Source: Thermodesulfobacteriota bacterium (GTDB lineage Bacteria > Desulfobacterota > GWC2-55-46 > S146-70 > JAUXIU01). Taken from it: DNA of 44,220 bases. Made by a program: the position numbers and the translations under genes. Of the stretch, positions 1-7,579 are shown in pieces; the first letter of the stretch is position 1; every line of letters starts with the position of its first letter. The stretch is from NCBI GenBank assembly GCA_046753505.1, contig JBHHTR010000002.1, positions 1-44,220 on the forward strand, given 5' to 3'. Below the pieces are notes generated by a model. That model did not search any database. It was given only the letters and a program-made list of their open reading frames with translations, and was not told the DNA's origin.

Positions 1-1
1 C

Positions 2-54
2 CTCTATAGGGGACTTACACCCCATTAGTTCACGCCCATGCCGGGCGTACACAA
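2..54. repeat. Left copy of the window-terminal inverted repeat (53 bp, exact reverse complement of 44168..44220)
   Basis: Hand alignment: 2..54 (ctctataggggacttacaccccattagttcacgcccatgccgggcgtacacaa) equals the reverse complement of 44168..44220, and identity stops at position 55. It contains two short hairpins (GGGG-N7-CCCC and ACGCCC-N5-GGGCGT). Confidence 0.9.
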
Positions 55-178
55 GCCAATTCAGCGTACCTGCTACCCGCCGGTCACTCGACAGTCTGTG
101 GCTTCGGGAAGTTTTGAGGTTCGCAAAGGCAGAGGCTTCGATCCGCAGGCCGCTGATCGCATCGTTCGCTTTTCAAAA

Positions 179-207
179 TTGACTCCTTAACGTCATATCG
201 CTATAAT
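179..207 (+). promoter_or_regulatory. Sigma-70-type promoter of the toxin-antitoxin operon (TTGACT-17 nt-TATAAT)
   Basis: TTGACT at 179-184, a 17-nt spacer, then TATAAT at 202-207. AAGGAGG at 222-228 lies 7 nt upstream of the ATG at 236. Confidence 0.6.
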
Positions 208-235
208 GTTACAAGTACATTAAGGAGGTAGTGTT

Positions 236-469
236 ATGACAACACAGACTAAACGAGCTACTATTTATTTTGACCCCGTCTTGCATAAAGCATTGCAGCT
301 CAAAGCCGTTGAAACTTCTCAATCTATAACAGAATTAGTGAACCGAGCTGTCAGGGAATCCCTCGCAGAAGATGCTGAAGATATGGAAGCTTTTGATGCG
401 AGAATGCATGAGCCTTTAATCAGTTACGGTGAAATGGTTAAAAGGTTAAAAAAAGATGGCCGCATATAA
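236..469 (+). CDS. Type II antitoxin, ribbon-helix-helix (CopG/RelB-like)
   Basis: 77 aa. The N-terminal segment KRATIYFDPVLHKALQLKAVE is typical of RHH antitoxins, and the tail is acidic. It has a strong SD and overlaps the downstream toxin gene by 14 nt. Confidence 0.75.
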   Translation: MTTQTKRATIYFDPVLHKALQLKAVETSQSITELVNRAVRESLAEDAEDMEAFDARMHEPLISYGEMVKRLKKDGRI

Positions 470-713
470 AATATTTTTCAGAAAATCTGTTCAGAAAGAC
501 TTCAGCGCCATCCCTAAAAAAGATTTAAAAAGAATCATTAACCGCATTGGTGGCCTCGGAGAAAATCCACGTCCTGTTGGCTGTGAAAAACTGACGGGAC
601 AGGAAAGATATCGTCTTCGTCAAGGACGCTACAGAATAGTATATTCAATACAAGACGATGAGCTCACTGTCTGGATCGTAAAAGTAGGGCACCGTAAAGA
701 TATTTATCGCTGA
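456..713 (+). CDS. Type II toxin, RelE/ParE superfamily
   Basis: 85 aa. The pattern KIFFRKSVQKDFSAIPKKDLKRI...ENPRP.G.EKL...YRLRQGRYRIVYSI.D..L.V.IVKVGHRKDIY is characteristic of RelE/ParE-type plasmid-stabilisation toxins. It overlaps the antitoxin gene. Confidence 0.85.
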   Translation: MAAYKIFFRKSVQKDFSAIPKKDLKRIINRIGGLGENPRPVGCEKLTGQERYRLRQGRYRIVYSIQDDELTVWIVKVGHRKDIYR

Positions 714-953
714 AGCGTATAAACGGTTTGAGAAGGAGTACAAGAAACTGCCCCCTCACCCCGATAGTTCTTTGTAACAAAAAAATGAATAATTTCCAAA
801 GAAAAGGCGCGGTCGAGAAAGAGGGACTACAGTAACCGCTGATGGCAAAGACGTTCTTCGTTTCCTTGATTTATGAATGACGGCTACAGCCTTCCAATAC
901 AATGCTCGCATGTGTCGTAAGGGGATAGTACGGGAATTCCCAAGTCCCCTTTA

Positions 954-1056
954 TTAACCCGCATTATTCATGAATTGCCGTGATGATCGCGCAGAGGTTG
1001 GATTTACCAGGGGACTTTTCGAGGGCGCGAGCATATTTGTGAATAATGCGGGTTAA
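954..1056. repeat. MITE-like element, family 2, short copy (about 95-bp core flanked by TTAA on both sides)
   Basis: 954-970 (ttaacccgcattattca) is a perfect 17-bp inverted repeat of 1040-1056 (tgaataatgcgggttaa). The interior gcgcagaggttggatttaccagg and ttttcgagggcg match the copies at 22355.. and 32773... Confidence 0.75.
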
Positions 1057-1284
1057 GGACGCTGATTTACACGTAGAAAGACATAGGGTCTTGCAATATC
1101 ACCGTGATCTTTTCTATCCTTCTTCAGCACTTCTTCGTGAAGCTGGTTAAAATGAGAACGCTCCTGATCTTGACTGCTATGGCAGGAAAATTTACCAAGG
1201 CATGAAGAGAAGCAGTAGATCAAGTTATGGGGCATTCATACCTAAAACAATGTCGCCATCACTGAGGATGCAAGTCCATTATTG

Positions 1285-3231
1285 CTAGAAGTACAACACT
1301 GTCCTCAGAGCCATGGGGAAGAGGAGTGTTGCCATGCCGACACAGGAGTAGCCTACTATGCTCACGATCATCGGGACCATGACTGTGATCACTCCCCTCT
1401 CTCTGGCAAAGAGTCTTTGAGATACCCTGTACGATAAGGTGAGTGAAACTATAAGGCCGATGAGTATTACGGCAAACTGAAAGTCACGGATGGAGGCACC
1501 GCCTAGAATTGCACCAACCTGCCACTCTCCCGTTCCAAAGAGGTTCCAACCCCAGCCGAATGGGTCGGAGAGGACAGGGAGTATCTTGAGCCCCTCCATG
1601 TTGAGGTGTGCGATATTGTGAGCGAGGTGGTAGAAGATGGCTACGGGTAGGAGCGCATAGGCATAGTTGATAAAAATTGCCCTCACGGAGATATCATGTA
1701 TTCCCGAAAGGAGTCGCGCAAGCCAGGCGGTGATGTAATGAATGGCTACGGGGACGACAACGAAGCCGATCAGGAGGGTCGTAAAGGTGACGAGGTAGAG
1801 GGTGTAGTTGCTCTTCATTGTTGCTACGGCCCATCCAAACCAGATGGGGAGCATGGTGAAGCCGTGGTAGATAGTCAGGCCGAGGAGGGTCAGCGCGAGG
1901 AGGGCCTCGTCATACCTCCCCTTGAAACCACGGGAGAGATCGGTAAAGAAAGGTCTCACGTTGACGGTCATGTTGTCGGAGGGACAGCTCTTGAGACACT
2001 CGGTACAAAGGATACAGTTGATATTTTTCTTCATGCCGCCAGGGTATTCGTAGATCGGACAGGGGTAGCCATTTTCATTTCCAAGGATACAGTCCTTCGT
2101 CCTGCACGCATCACAGACAGCCTTTTCCTTTGACCGGATCTCCAGAGGGGCGAGGTTTGCATAGGTGCCTATGATGCCCCCTACAAAGCAGACATAGCGG
2201 CAGAAGGACTTTCTGGCAAAAATCATGGCGATGACAAGGCTGAATAGAATAATGGCAATGGAAAAGAGCGCGGTAAGACGTGGATTGTAGGTAATGAAGA
2301 TACCGAGTTCAAGCCAGGTGACTGCGATAAAAAAGAGTGTCATGAGGTGTCGGCTCCGTAGTGGGCGGGGCCACTTGTAGCCGAGAGAGATACCGCCCTT
2401 CCTCTTCCCCCTCCTCTTCCAAAGTGAGAGCCGCTCTATCCAGTCTGAGATGGCCGACCAGGGGCAGATGAGGCACCAGCTTGCGCCAAAAAAGAGGATG
2501 ATGAATATGATGAGAGACCACCATATTGTCCAGGTGGCTACGGTAGCAAGATTACTGCCGGGGTGCTGTTTACCCACGAGTCCGGCAATAATAATCGTAA
2601 TAAATATTACCACCACCGGGAGTTGGAGGGCAAACTGGAAGGGGCGGGCCATTACAATCCTCTTAATTAATTTTATATTCAGAAGATTGAATCGTGGGTA
2701 ATCACGCTTCGGTGATACTACCTTTTTCCTGCGTAGCATGAGGAGGGTAACGAGTACAGCGCCGATGAGGATGACGCCCATCCAGAGTGGGGAGGCGGGG
2801 GAGAGGCCGCCCATCACCTCCCCACCCATGCTGTGGTCGTGCATATGAGCCATTCCCGTCGCGGTGGTGTGATCGTTGTGGGAGGCAGCGCCGTGACTAT
2901 TATGCCCCATTCCCTCCATTGAAGCGTGATCGTGTGACAGCATCGCACCATCGTCATGATGGTGTTGTGGCGGCTCTTCACCGCTCTCTTCAGAGGCCAT
3001 TCCGTGATCGTGGTGTGACGTCATCTCTTGAGGATAGCCCATCTCCTCCATTGCGCCGTGATCGTGTGCCATATCATTCTGACCATCCACCATCTCACCT
3101 TTGGCGCTGTGGTCGTATTGTGCGACGCCACCTCCCTGACCATGGGCTGAGTGCTCCTCCATACTGTGTTCATGAGGCGCCATATCCATCGCCCCTTCTC
3201 CATCTCCCTTTTCTGCCATTTCCATATTCAT
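1285..3231 (-). CDS. Membrane polyferredoxin (NapH/MauN/CcoG-like 4Fe-4S protein) with a His/Met/Asp-rich N-terminal extension of about 150 aa
   Basis: 648 aa with multiple TM segments. Cys motifs: CLICPWSA, CRYVCFVGG, CDACRTKDCILGNENGYPCP and CILCTECLKSCP. The N-terminus has repeated M-x-HDH-x-M/EEMG-type motifs. Confidence 0.75.
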   Translation of the reverse strand: MNMEMAEKGDGEGAMDMAPHEHSMEEHSAHGQGGGVAQYDHSAKGEMVDGQNDMAHDHGAMEEMGYPQEMTSHHDHGMASEESGEEPPQHHHDDGAMLSHDHASMEGMGHNSHGAASHNDHTTATGMAHMHDHSMGGEVMGGLSPASPLWMGVILIGAVLVTLLMLRRKKVVSPKRDYPRFNLLNIKLIKRIVMARPFQFALQLPVVVIFITIIIAGLVGKQHPGSNLATVATWTIWWSLIIFIILFFGASWCLICPWSAISDWIERLSLWKRRGKRKGGISLGYKWPRPLRSRHLMTLFFIAVTWLELGIFITYNPRLTALFSIAIILFSLVIAMIFARKSFCRYVCFVGGIIGTYANLAPLEIRSKEKAVCDACRTKDCILGNENGYPCPIYEYPGGMKKNINCILCTECLKSCPSDNMTVNVRPFFTDLSRGFKGRYDEALLALTLLGLTIYHGFTMLPIWFGWAVATMKSNYTLYLVTFTTLLIGFVVVPVAIHYITAWLARLLSGIHDISVRAIFINYAYALLPVAIFYHLAHNIAHLNMEGLKILPVLSDPFGWGWNLFGTGEWQVGAILGGASIRDFQFAVILIGLIVSLTLSYRVSQRLFARERGVITVMVPMIVSIVGYSCVGMATLLFPMALRTVLYF

Positions 3232-3406
3232 ATATTTTATCCCTGCCTCGATGAACCGTTTTGCGTGAGTCTACCAGTTCTTCTTAGAGAAAACCCTGTG
3301 TCGCACCTCCCTGTTCAGACGGAGAGACGCTCAGGCGCTCCGACACTACATTCCGCCGTGTCTGCGTGTAGACGACTGTACTATAATTGCTAACAATGGG
3401 GCGAAG

Positions 3407-3796
3407 TCAGGAACGCGGGGGCGCTCGTGTATGGCGCAGGGTGTGGAGGGCAGGGGTAATGGAGGGAACCTCCGTGAGGGGTGGAAGAGGAAGTGAGACA
3501 AGAGCTGGAGTCACGGTATGAGGGGCGCTCCTGATAATAGTTGAGTTGAGAAGGTCGGCGTACTTGCAGATACAGGTGTGGCTTGCCTCATCGTGGCGGT
3601 GCCCACCGTCGTGTTGATGGCTGGTGTTGCTATCCATTGCTTCGTGGGAGTAGTGCGCGTGAGAGGGCTCACTCTCTGGAAGATGGTTTTGACTGGCGAA
3701 GCAGGAGGAGGCGTAGAGTGTAAATGAGAAGAAGGAGAGGCAGAGCAGCGCAACAACAAGGCGCTGGCGTGTTCGCGATTTTCCCGGTAGTTTCAT
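3407..3796 (-). CDS. Small secreted His-rich protein, function unknown (possible metal-binding)
   Basis: 129 aa with an N-terminal signal-like segment (RLVVALLCLSFFSFTLYASS). This is followed by SHAHYSHEAMDSNTSHQHDGGHRHDEASHTCIC. It is co-oriented with and adjacent to the polyferredoxin gene. Confidence 0.5.
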   Translation of the reverse strand: MKLPGKSRTRQRLVVALLCLSFFSFTLYASSCFASQNHLPESEPSHAHYSHEAMDSNTSHQHDGGHRHDEASHTCICKYADLLNSTIIRSAPHTVTPALVSLPLPPLTEVPSITPALHTLRHTRAPPRS

Positions 3797-3920
3797 AGGC
3801 TACAGTATAGAATAGTGCAGATTAAAGGGGTGTTAATGAGTCCGACTGGCTGAGAGGAGGGTGTGAGTCTGCAATAGTGTCACAGACTCACACAAGTAGC
3901 GGTTGCCTTTTTATGGGCCT

Positions 3921-4811
3921 CTATTTTTCTACCTTGGCGCACCTGAATCCAACGTCATTCAGCATGACCTTAGGCTGGACAAAGTTGCGGAATGATGGAC
4001 GGTAGTAAAAGTCAAAGCTGTAGTGGCCGATACCACCCCAACTTCCTCCCCTGACAACCTTGTTGGTCTCGCCAAAGGCCTCATCGAGGTACTGGTTACC
4101 GGGGTATCCAGAGTACCAATCATCTACCCACTCGGAGACGTTACCGATAACATCAAGTAGACCGTAGGGACTCACATCTTCGGCAAACTGCCCCACCGGC
4201 GTTGGCTGCCCCTGTAGTCCAAGGGAGTTGGCCTTCTTCTGATCGAACTTCTCTCCCCACGGATACTGCTTACCATCTGTGCCGCGCACCGCCTTCTCCC
4301 ACTCCGCCTCGGTTGGGAGTCTCCCCCCACGCCACTTGCAGTAGGCGTCGGCGTCAAACCAGGAGACCATGACGACAGGCTGTTTGGCCGGAAGAGGGGT
4401 GTAATCTCCGTTTGCCCAGTATGCAGGCGGTTTGTGGCCCGTTGCATCGGTGAACTCCTTGTATTTCTCGTTAGCGACCTCATACTTGTCAATATAGTAG
4501 TCGTCAAGATGAACCTTGCGCTCAGGGTGCTCATTCATATAGGGGATCTTGGTCATGCCGAAGCGCTGCTGGAGCCCCTCTTTATCCACATCGTCGCTAC
4601 CCATAATAAACTCACCGGCAGGGATCAGAACCATCCCCGCTGGAATCGCCGTTTCTGGCTGTTCTACAGCTTTAGCGGGCTCTTTCTTCTCCTCATTTCC
4701 ACCCTTTTGACAGCCTGTGATGGGAATGACGAGAAGGAGTAAGGTGATGGTCATAAGCGCGCTCCAGTGTCTCATTAATCTACCTCTCAAGTTACTTTGC
4801 ATCCTGTACAC
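3921..4811 (-). CDS. FGE-sulfatase (SUMF1/EgtB/PvdO) domain lipoprotein
   Basis: 296 aa with a lipobox-like LLLVIPITGC. Family hallmarks: MVLIPAGEFIMGSDD, HPERKVHLDDYYIDKYEV, PVVMVSWFDADAYCKWRGGRLPTEAEWEKA, RGGSW and GFRC. Confidence 0.85.
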   Translation of the reverse strand: MYRMQSNLRGRLMRHWSALMTITLLLLVIPITGCQKGGNEEKKEPAKAVEQPETAIPAGMVLIPAGEFIMGSDDVDKEGLQQRFGMTKIPYMNEHPERKVHLDDYYIDKYEVANEKYKEFTDATGHKPPAYWANGDYTPLPAKQPVVMVSWFDADAYCKWRGGRLPTEAEWEKAVRGTDGKQYPWGEKFDQKKANSLGLQGQPTPVGQFAEDVSPYGLLDVIGNVSEWVDDWYSGYPGNQYLDEAFGETNKVVRGGSWGGIGHYSFDFYYRPSFRNFVQPKVMLNDVGFRCAKVEK

Positions 4812-6009
4812 ACCTCATACCGAAGTTATTGTTTCGCGTATAAGGATTGAAGAATATCCTGTTATAGGTGGGAGCGCTTATGCCGCACTTGTAGTATGTA
4901 CAATCATACCACGAACCTCCCCGTACAACCCTGTACCGCTCACCCTCATTCGGGTCGGGGTGGTCGTTGCCCGGGTACGCCAGATACCAATCGGCGGTCC
5001 ACTCAAAGACATTGCCAGCCAGATCATGCACTCCATAAGGGCTCTTTCCACCCTCAAAACTACCGACACGCATGGTGTCCTCCATACCATACTGAGGGGT
5101 ATTTGCCACCTTATCTATAAATTTGTTGCCCCAGGGAAATACCCTGCCGTCTGTTCCCCTGGCCGCCTTCTCCCACTCCGCCTCTGTAGGCAGCCTCTTC
5201 CCTCGGGACTTGCAGAAGGCGTCAGCGTCAAACCAGGTCACATAGGTAACGGGGTGGTCATACTTTTTCGATGGGATCTTCCCATTATTGGCTCTCCAGT
5301 GATCGGGCATGGCGTGACCGGTTGTAACGACAAACTCCATATAATCCCTGTTGGTCACTTCATACTTATCGATGAAGTAGTCGGGGAGAGTTCTCTTATG
5401 TTCCGGTCCAGATTTTGGCCACCAGTCGTTGGTTCCCATGATAAACTCACCGGCTGGAATTAGAACCATGCCGGGGGGGGGTGTAAGGTTCTTCTTTGCA
5501 GTCGAAGGGGCTGGAGAAGGGACTGGTTTGTCCAGTTGTGCTATATCGTCACGTATGTGCTGCCGGTAGCTTGCCGTTGCCTCATCAATGGGCACCTTGT
5601 ACCGTTCATCAATGTCGAGGAACCTCTCGCCATAATCGGCGCTGTGACACTGGAGGCACTCGGCATCGGTAGTGTAGTCGATGGCGGGACGCATCTCACT
5701 GGTATGGCAGGTAGAGCATCTCGGCTCACCGGAGTCCATATACTCATCGGGGACGCCGTACCTTTTGAGGAGGGTCTTGACAAAGGGGGCCAGCTTACCC
5801 CCCGCTCCGGATGGGCCAAGCTGACTGTGGCTCTCCATGCCCTCTCCACCGCTTGCCAGTTCACTCTGAGCGGTGGCTCCCATTGCTACATTGCCCCATA
5901 GGGCGCCGATTATCAACAGCCCCGAAAAGGCACAAAGAGCTTTTTTTGTCAGCGCCGGGCGCCTAGTGCTTGTGTCCGCCGTTGTGGTCATGGCCTCCAT
6001 GTTTTTCAT
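4792..6009 (-). CDS. Fusion of an N-terminal c-type haem module (two CXXCH motifs) and an FGE-sulfatase domain
   Basis: CSTCH and CLQCH motifs are followed by MVLIPAGEFIMGTND...RLPTEAEWEKAARG...RGGSW...FGMRC, making it a paralogue of the downstream gene. The start is placed at the ATG at 6009 because AAGGGAG lies just upstream; the ORF track extends to 6075. It overlaps both neighbouring genes. Confidence 0.8.
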   Translation of the reverse strand: MKNMEAMTTTADTSTRRPALTKKALCAFSGLLIIGALWGNVAMGATAQSELASGGEGMESHSQLGPSGAGGKLAPFVKTLLKRYGVPDEYMDSGEPRCSTCHTSEMRPAIDYTTDAECLQCHSADYGERFLDIDERYKVPIDEATASYRQHIRDDIAQLDKPVPSPAPSTAKKNLTPPPGMVLIPAGEFIMGTNDWWPKSGPEHKRTLPDYFIDKYEVTNRDYMEFVVTTGHAMPDHWRANNGKIPSKKYDHPVTYVTWFDADAFCKSRGKRLPTEAEWEKAARGTDGRVFPWGNKFIDKVANTPQYGMEDTMRVGSFEGGKSPYGVHDLAGNVFEWTADWYLAYPGNDHPDPNEGERYRVVRGGSWYDCTYYKCGISAPTYNRIFFNPYTRNNNFGMRCVQDAK

Positions 6010-6580
6010 CTGCTCCCTTTTTTTCTTCCTCTCTCTTGCTCTTTTTCGCCAGTTGTTTGACATAGGCAAGCACATTGAGTCGCTCTTCTATGGAGAGGTT
6101 CGGACCCCATGCCGGCATGTTGAGCTGGTAGTTGCTTTTTACACCGTAGGTGATGATATCGAATATTTGCTGATCCTTCATCGTCAGGATACCCTCTTTC
6201 CTTAAAAAGCTCTTCGGTTTTACCCGCAAGCCGATGACGGTTATCCCGTCTCCAAGCCCCTTCCTGCCGTGGCAGTAGATACACGACTTCTTGTAGAGCT
6301 TCTCTCCCTCTACGGGGTCGCCCTTTCTATCGCCGATCTGGAATTTTCCTTCAGCGCCGGGCTGGAGAACGGGCACCCTCTTTTTATGTTTTGAATGATC
6401 GTGTGTGCCGACATTTTTTTTGACTCTTACTGCCGGCATATCGTCAGCCAGGAGGGGCCTCTTGATGACCTCTATCTCATCTTCACCCCATACAGGTGAG
6501 GTTGAAAATGTGCAGATAAGCGCCAAGAGGGCGATGAAGAGTGAAGTATGTCTGAACGATGAGTGGCAGAGAATATTCAT
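5963..6580 (-). CDS. Monohaem class I c-type cytochrome with a His-rich C-terminal tail
   Basis: 205 aa with a signal peptide, the CIYCHGRKG haem motif and a distal NMPAW Met candidate. The C-terminus is EKHGGHDHNGGHKH. Confidence 0.8.
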   Translation of the reverse strand: MNILCHSSFRHTSLFIALLALICTFSTSPVWGEDEIEVIKRPLLADDMPAVRVKKNVGTHDHSKHKKRVPVLQPGAEGKFQIGDRKGDPVEGEKLYKKSCIYCHGRKGLGDGITVIGLRVKPKSFLRKEGILTMKDQQIFDIITYGVKSNYQLNMPAWGPNLSIEERLNVLAYVKQLAKKSKREEEKKGADEKHGGHDHNGGHKH

Positions 6581-6587
6581 AGCGAAT

Positions 6588-6617
6588 ATTGTAGAGGGTA
6601 ACCGTTTGATTTGTCAA
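6588..6617 (-). promoter_or_regulatory. Sigma-70-type promoter (TTGACA-18 nt-TACAAT) whose -10 box ends 7 nt before the cytochrome c ATG
   Basis: On the minus strand, TTGACA is at 6617-6612, the spacer is 18 nt and TACAAT is at 6593-6588. The ATG is at 6580-6578. There is no SD in between. Confidence 0.4.
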
Positions 6618-6743
6618 GGAGGAATGCTTTTCGGACTGTTTTTTAGGCACAGTGTTAATGGAAGTTAACCTTCTTTTTACCAGATATTAAGCTGGAGAAC
6701 ATCTTTTGTGCGGAGTAAATGAGGTTGGAGCGCCTTGCCATAG

Positions 6744-7454
6744 CTATCTTTTTCTCCTCTCTTTAGCCCTTTTTGTCAGCCTCTCTCTGGCGTTTTCCAC
6801 ACGTCTGTTCAGATTAAAGACCTCGCCAAGCGGCTTTGCCAGCCTCTTGCGATTGTCTGGGTGGGAGTACCTGACATAGAGCATGCCAAGGAGGGCCGCC
6901 AGGCTGCCACCTATGAGGTCATTGATGATGTCCCACATCGTATTGTCGAGACCACGCTGTGTGTTCAGGTCGAGAAGTTTATCTACGGTAAACTCCCCTA
7001 TCTCCCACAGGCCTCCGACGGCGAGGGTAAAGACGACGGTAAAGAGGCCGATGAAGGGGAGTGTCAACTTCAGCTTCCCTGTACTGTGAAATGTATAGAC
7101 GATGATGAAGGCGAGGAGAGAGATTACGGCGCTGCCGTAAACGTGAAGTATCTTGTCCCAGAGCCAGAACCTCTCGTAGAAGTGCATCTGTTCTCCGAAG
7201 ACGATATGGGCAAAGATGGAGAGGGTTATGAGGAAGTCGAGTTCAAAGGGAAGTGTCACACGGTAGTTGCGCTGAATGATGCTTGGTGTAAGGGAAAGGG
7301 CGATGGCGACTGTGGCGGCTATTGCATAGAGGTAGTCGCCATCGTAGAGTGAGTAGGGAAGAGAGCCTATGAGGATAAGCTTCATGAACCACGAGAGAAC
7401 CGTGGTTACTGTTACTGTCCGCCACCCTTTATCCACCATAGGAGCGCAGGTCAA
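6744..7454 (-). CDS. Integral membrane protein of unknown function
   Basis: 236 aa with about 6 hydrophobic segments, a WEIGEF motif and a basic C-terminal tail. The start is uncertain; an internal MKLILIG is an alternative. Confidence 0.55.
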   Translation of the reverse strand: MTCAPMVDKGWRTVTVTTVLSWFMKLILIGSLPYSLYDGDYLYAIAATVAIALSLTPSIIQRNYRVTLPFELDFLITLSIFAHIVFGEQMHFYERFWLWDKILHVYGSAVISLLAFIIVYTFHSTGKLKLTLPFIGLFTVVFTLAVGGLWEIGEFTVDKLLDLNTQRGLDNTMWDIINDLIGGSLAALLGMLYVRYSHPDNRKRLAKPLGEVFNLNRRVENARERLTKRAKERRKR

Positions 7455-7579
7455 AGAAATACATTACTGGAGATATTAATGTGCGATACTGTTCTCATCC
7501 CGTCAACAACATAGGTAGTGGCCCCATCGTACAGAGAGGAGACGCGCCACGTTTCACCCCGCCCACGATGACACCGTTG

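Noticed and set aside
28-54. The segment GTTCACGCCCATGCCGGGCGTACACAA in the terminal repeat looks like a type I-F-style CRISPR repeat: a GTTCAC start, an internal hairpin and about 27 nt in length.
   Set aside because: Only one copy is present at each end, in inverted orientation. The adjacent would-be spacer sequence is also duplicated. There is no array periodicity and there are no cas genes.
1053-1235. A 60-aa ORF (MPHNLIYCFSSCLGKFSCH...) lies next to the family-2 MITE and could be a transposase or zinc-finger remnant.
   Set aside because: It has no recognisable family motif, no ribosome-binding site and runs into the repeat. The support is insufficient.
4717-5463. Long ORFs antisense to confidently assigned genes: 4717..5463, 7862..8608, 15259..16038, 25912..26769, 27386..28030, 33776..34438, 36514..37002, and many 60-150 aa ORFs in the track.
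   Set aside because: Each lies wholly opposite a gene with clear family motifs. Their translations are low-complexity (R/P/G/S-rich) with no recognisable motifs or ribosome-binding sites. They are the shadow ORFs expected in GC-rich DNA.
3921-6009. FGE-sulfatase / C-type-lectin-fold proteins are frequent targets of diversity-generating retroelements, so I looked for a template/variable repeat pair and a reverse transcriptase.
   Set aside because: The 3' ends of the two paralogues are not near-identical at the DNA level. No A-mismatch-only repeat was seen, and no reverse transcriptase or Avd-like ORF exists in the window.
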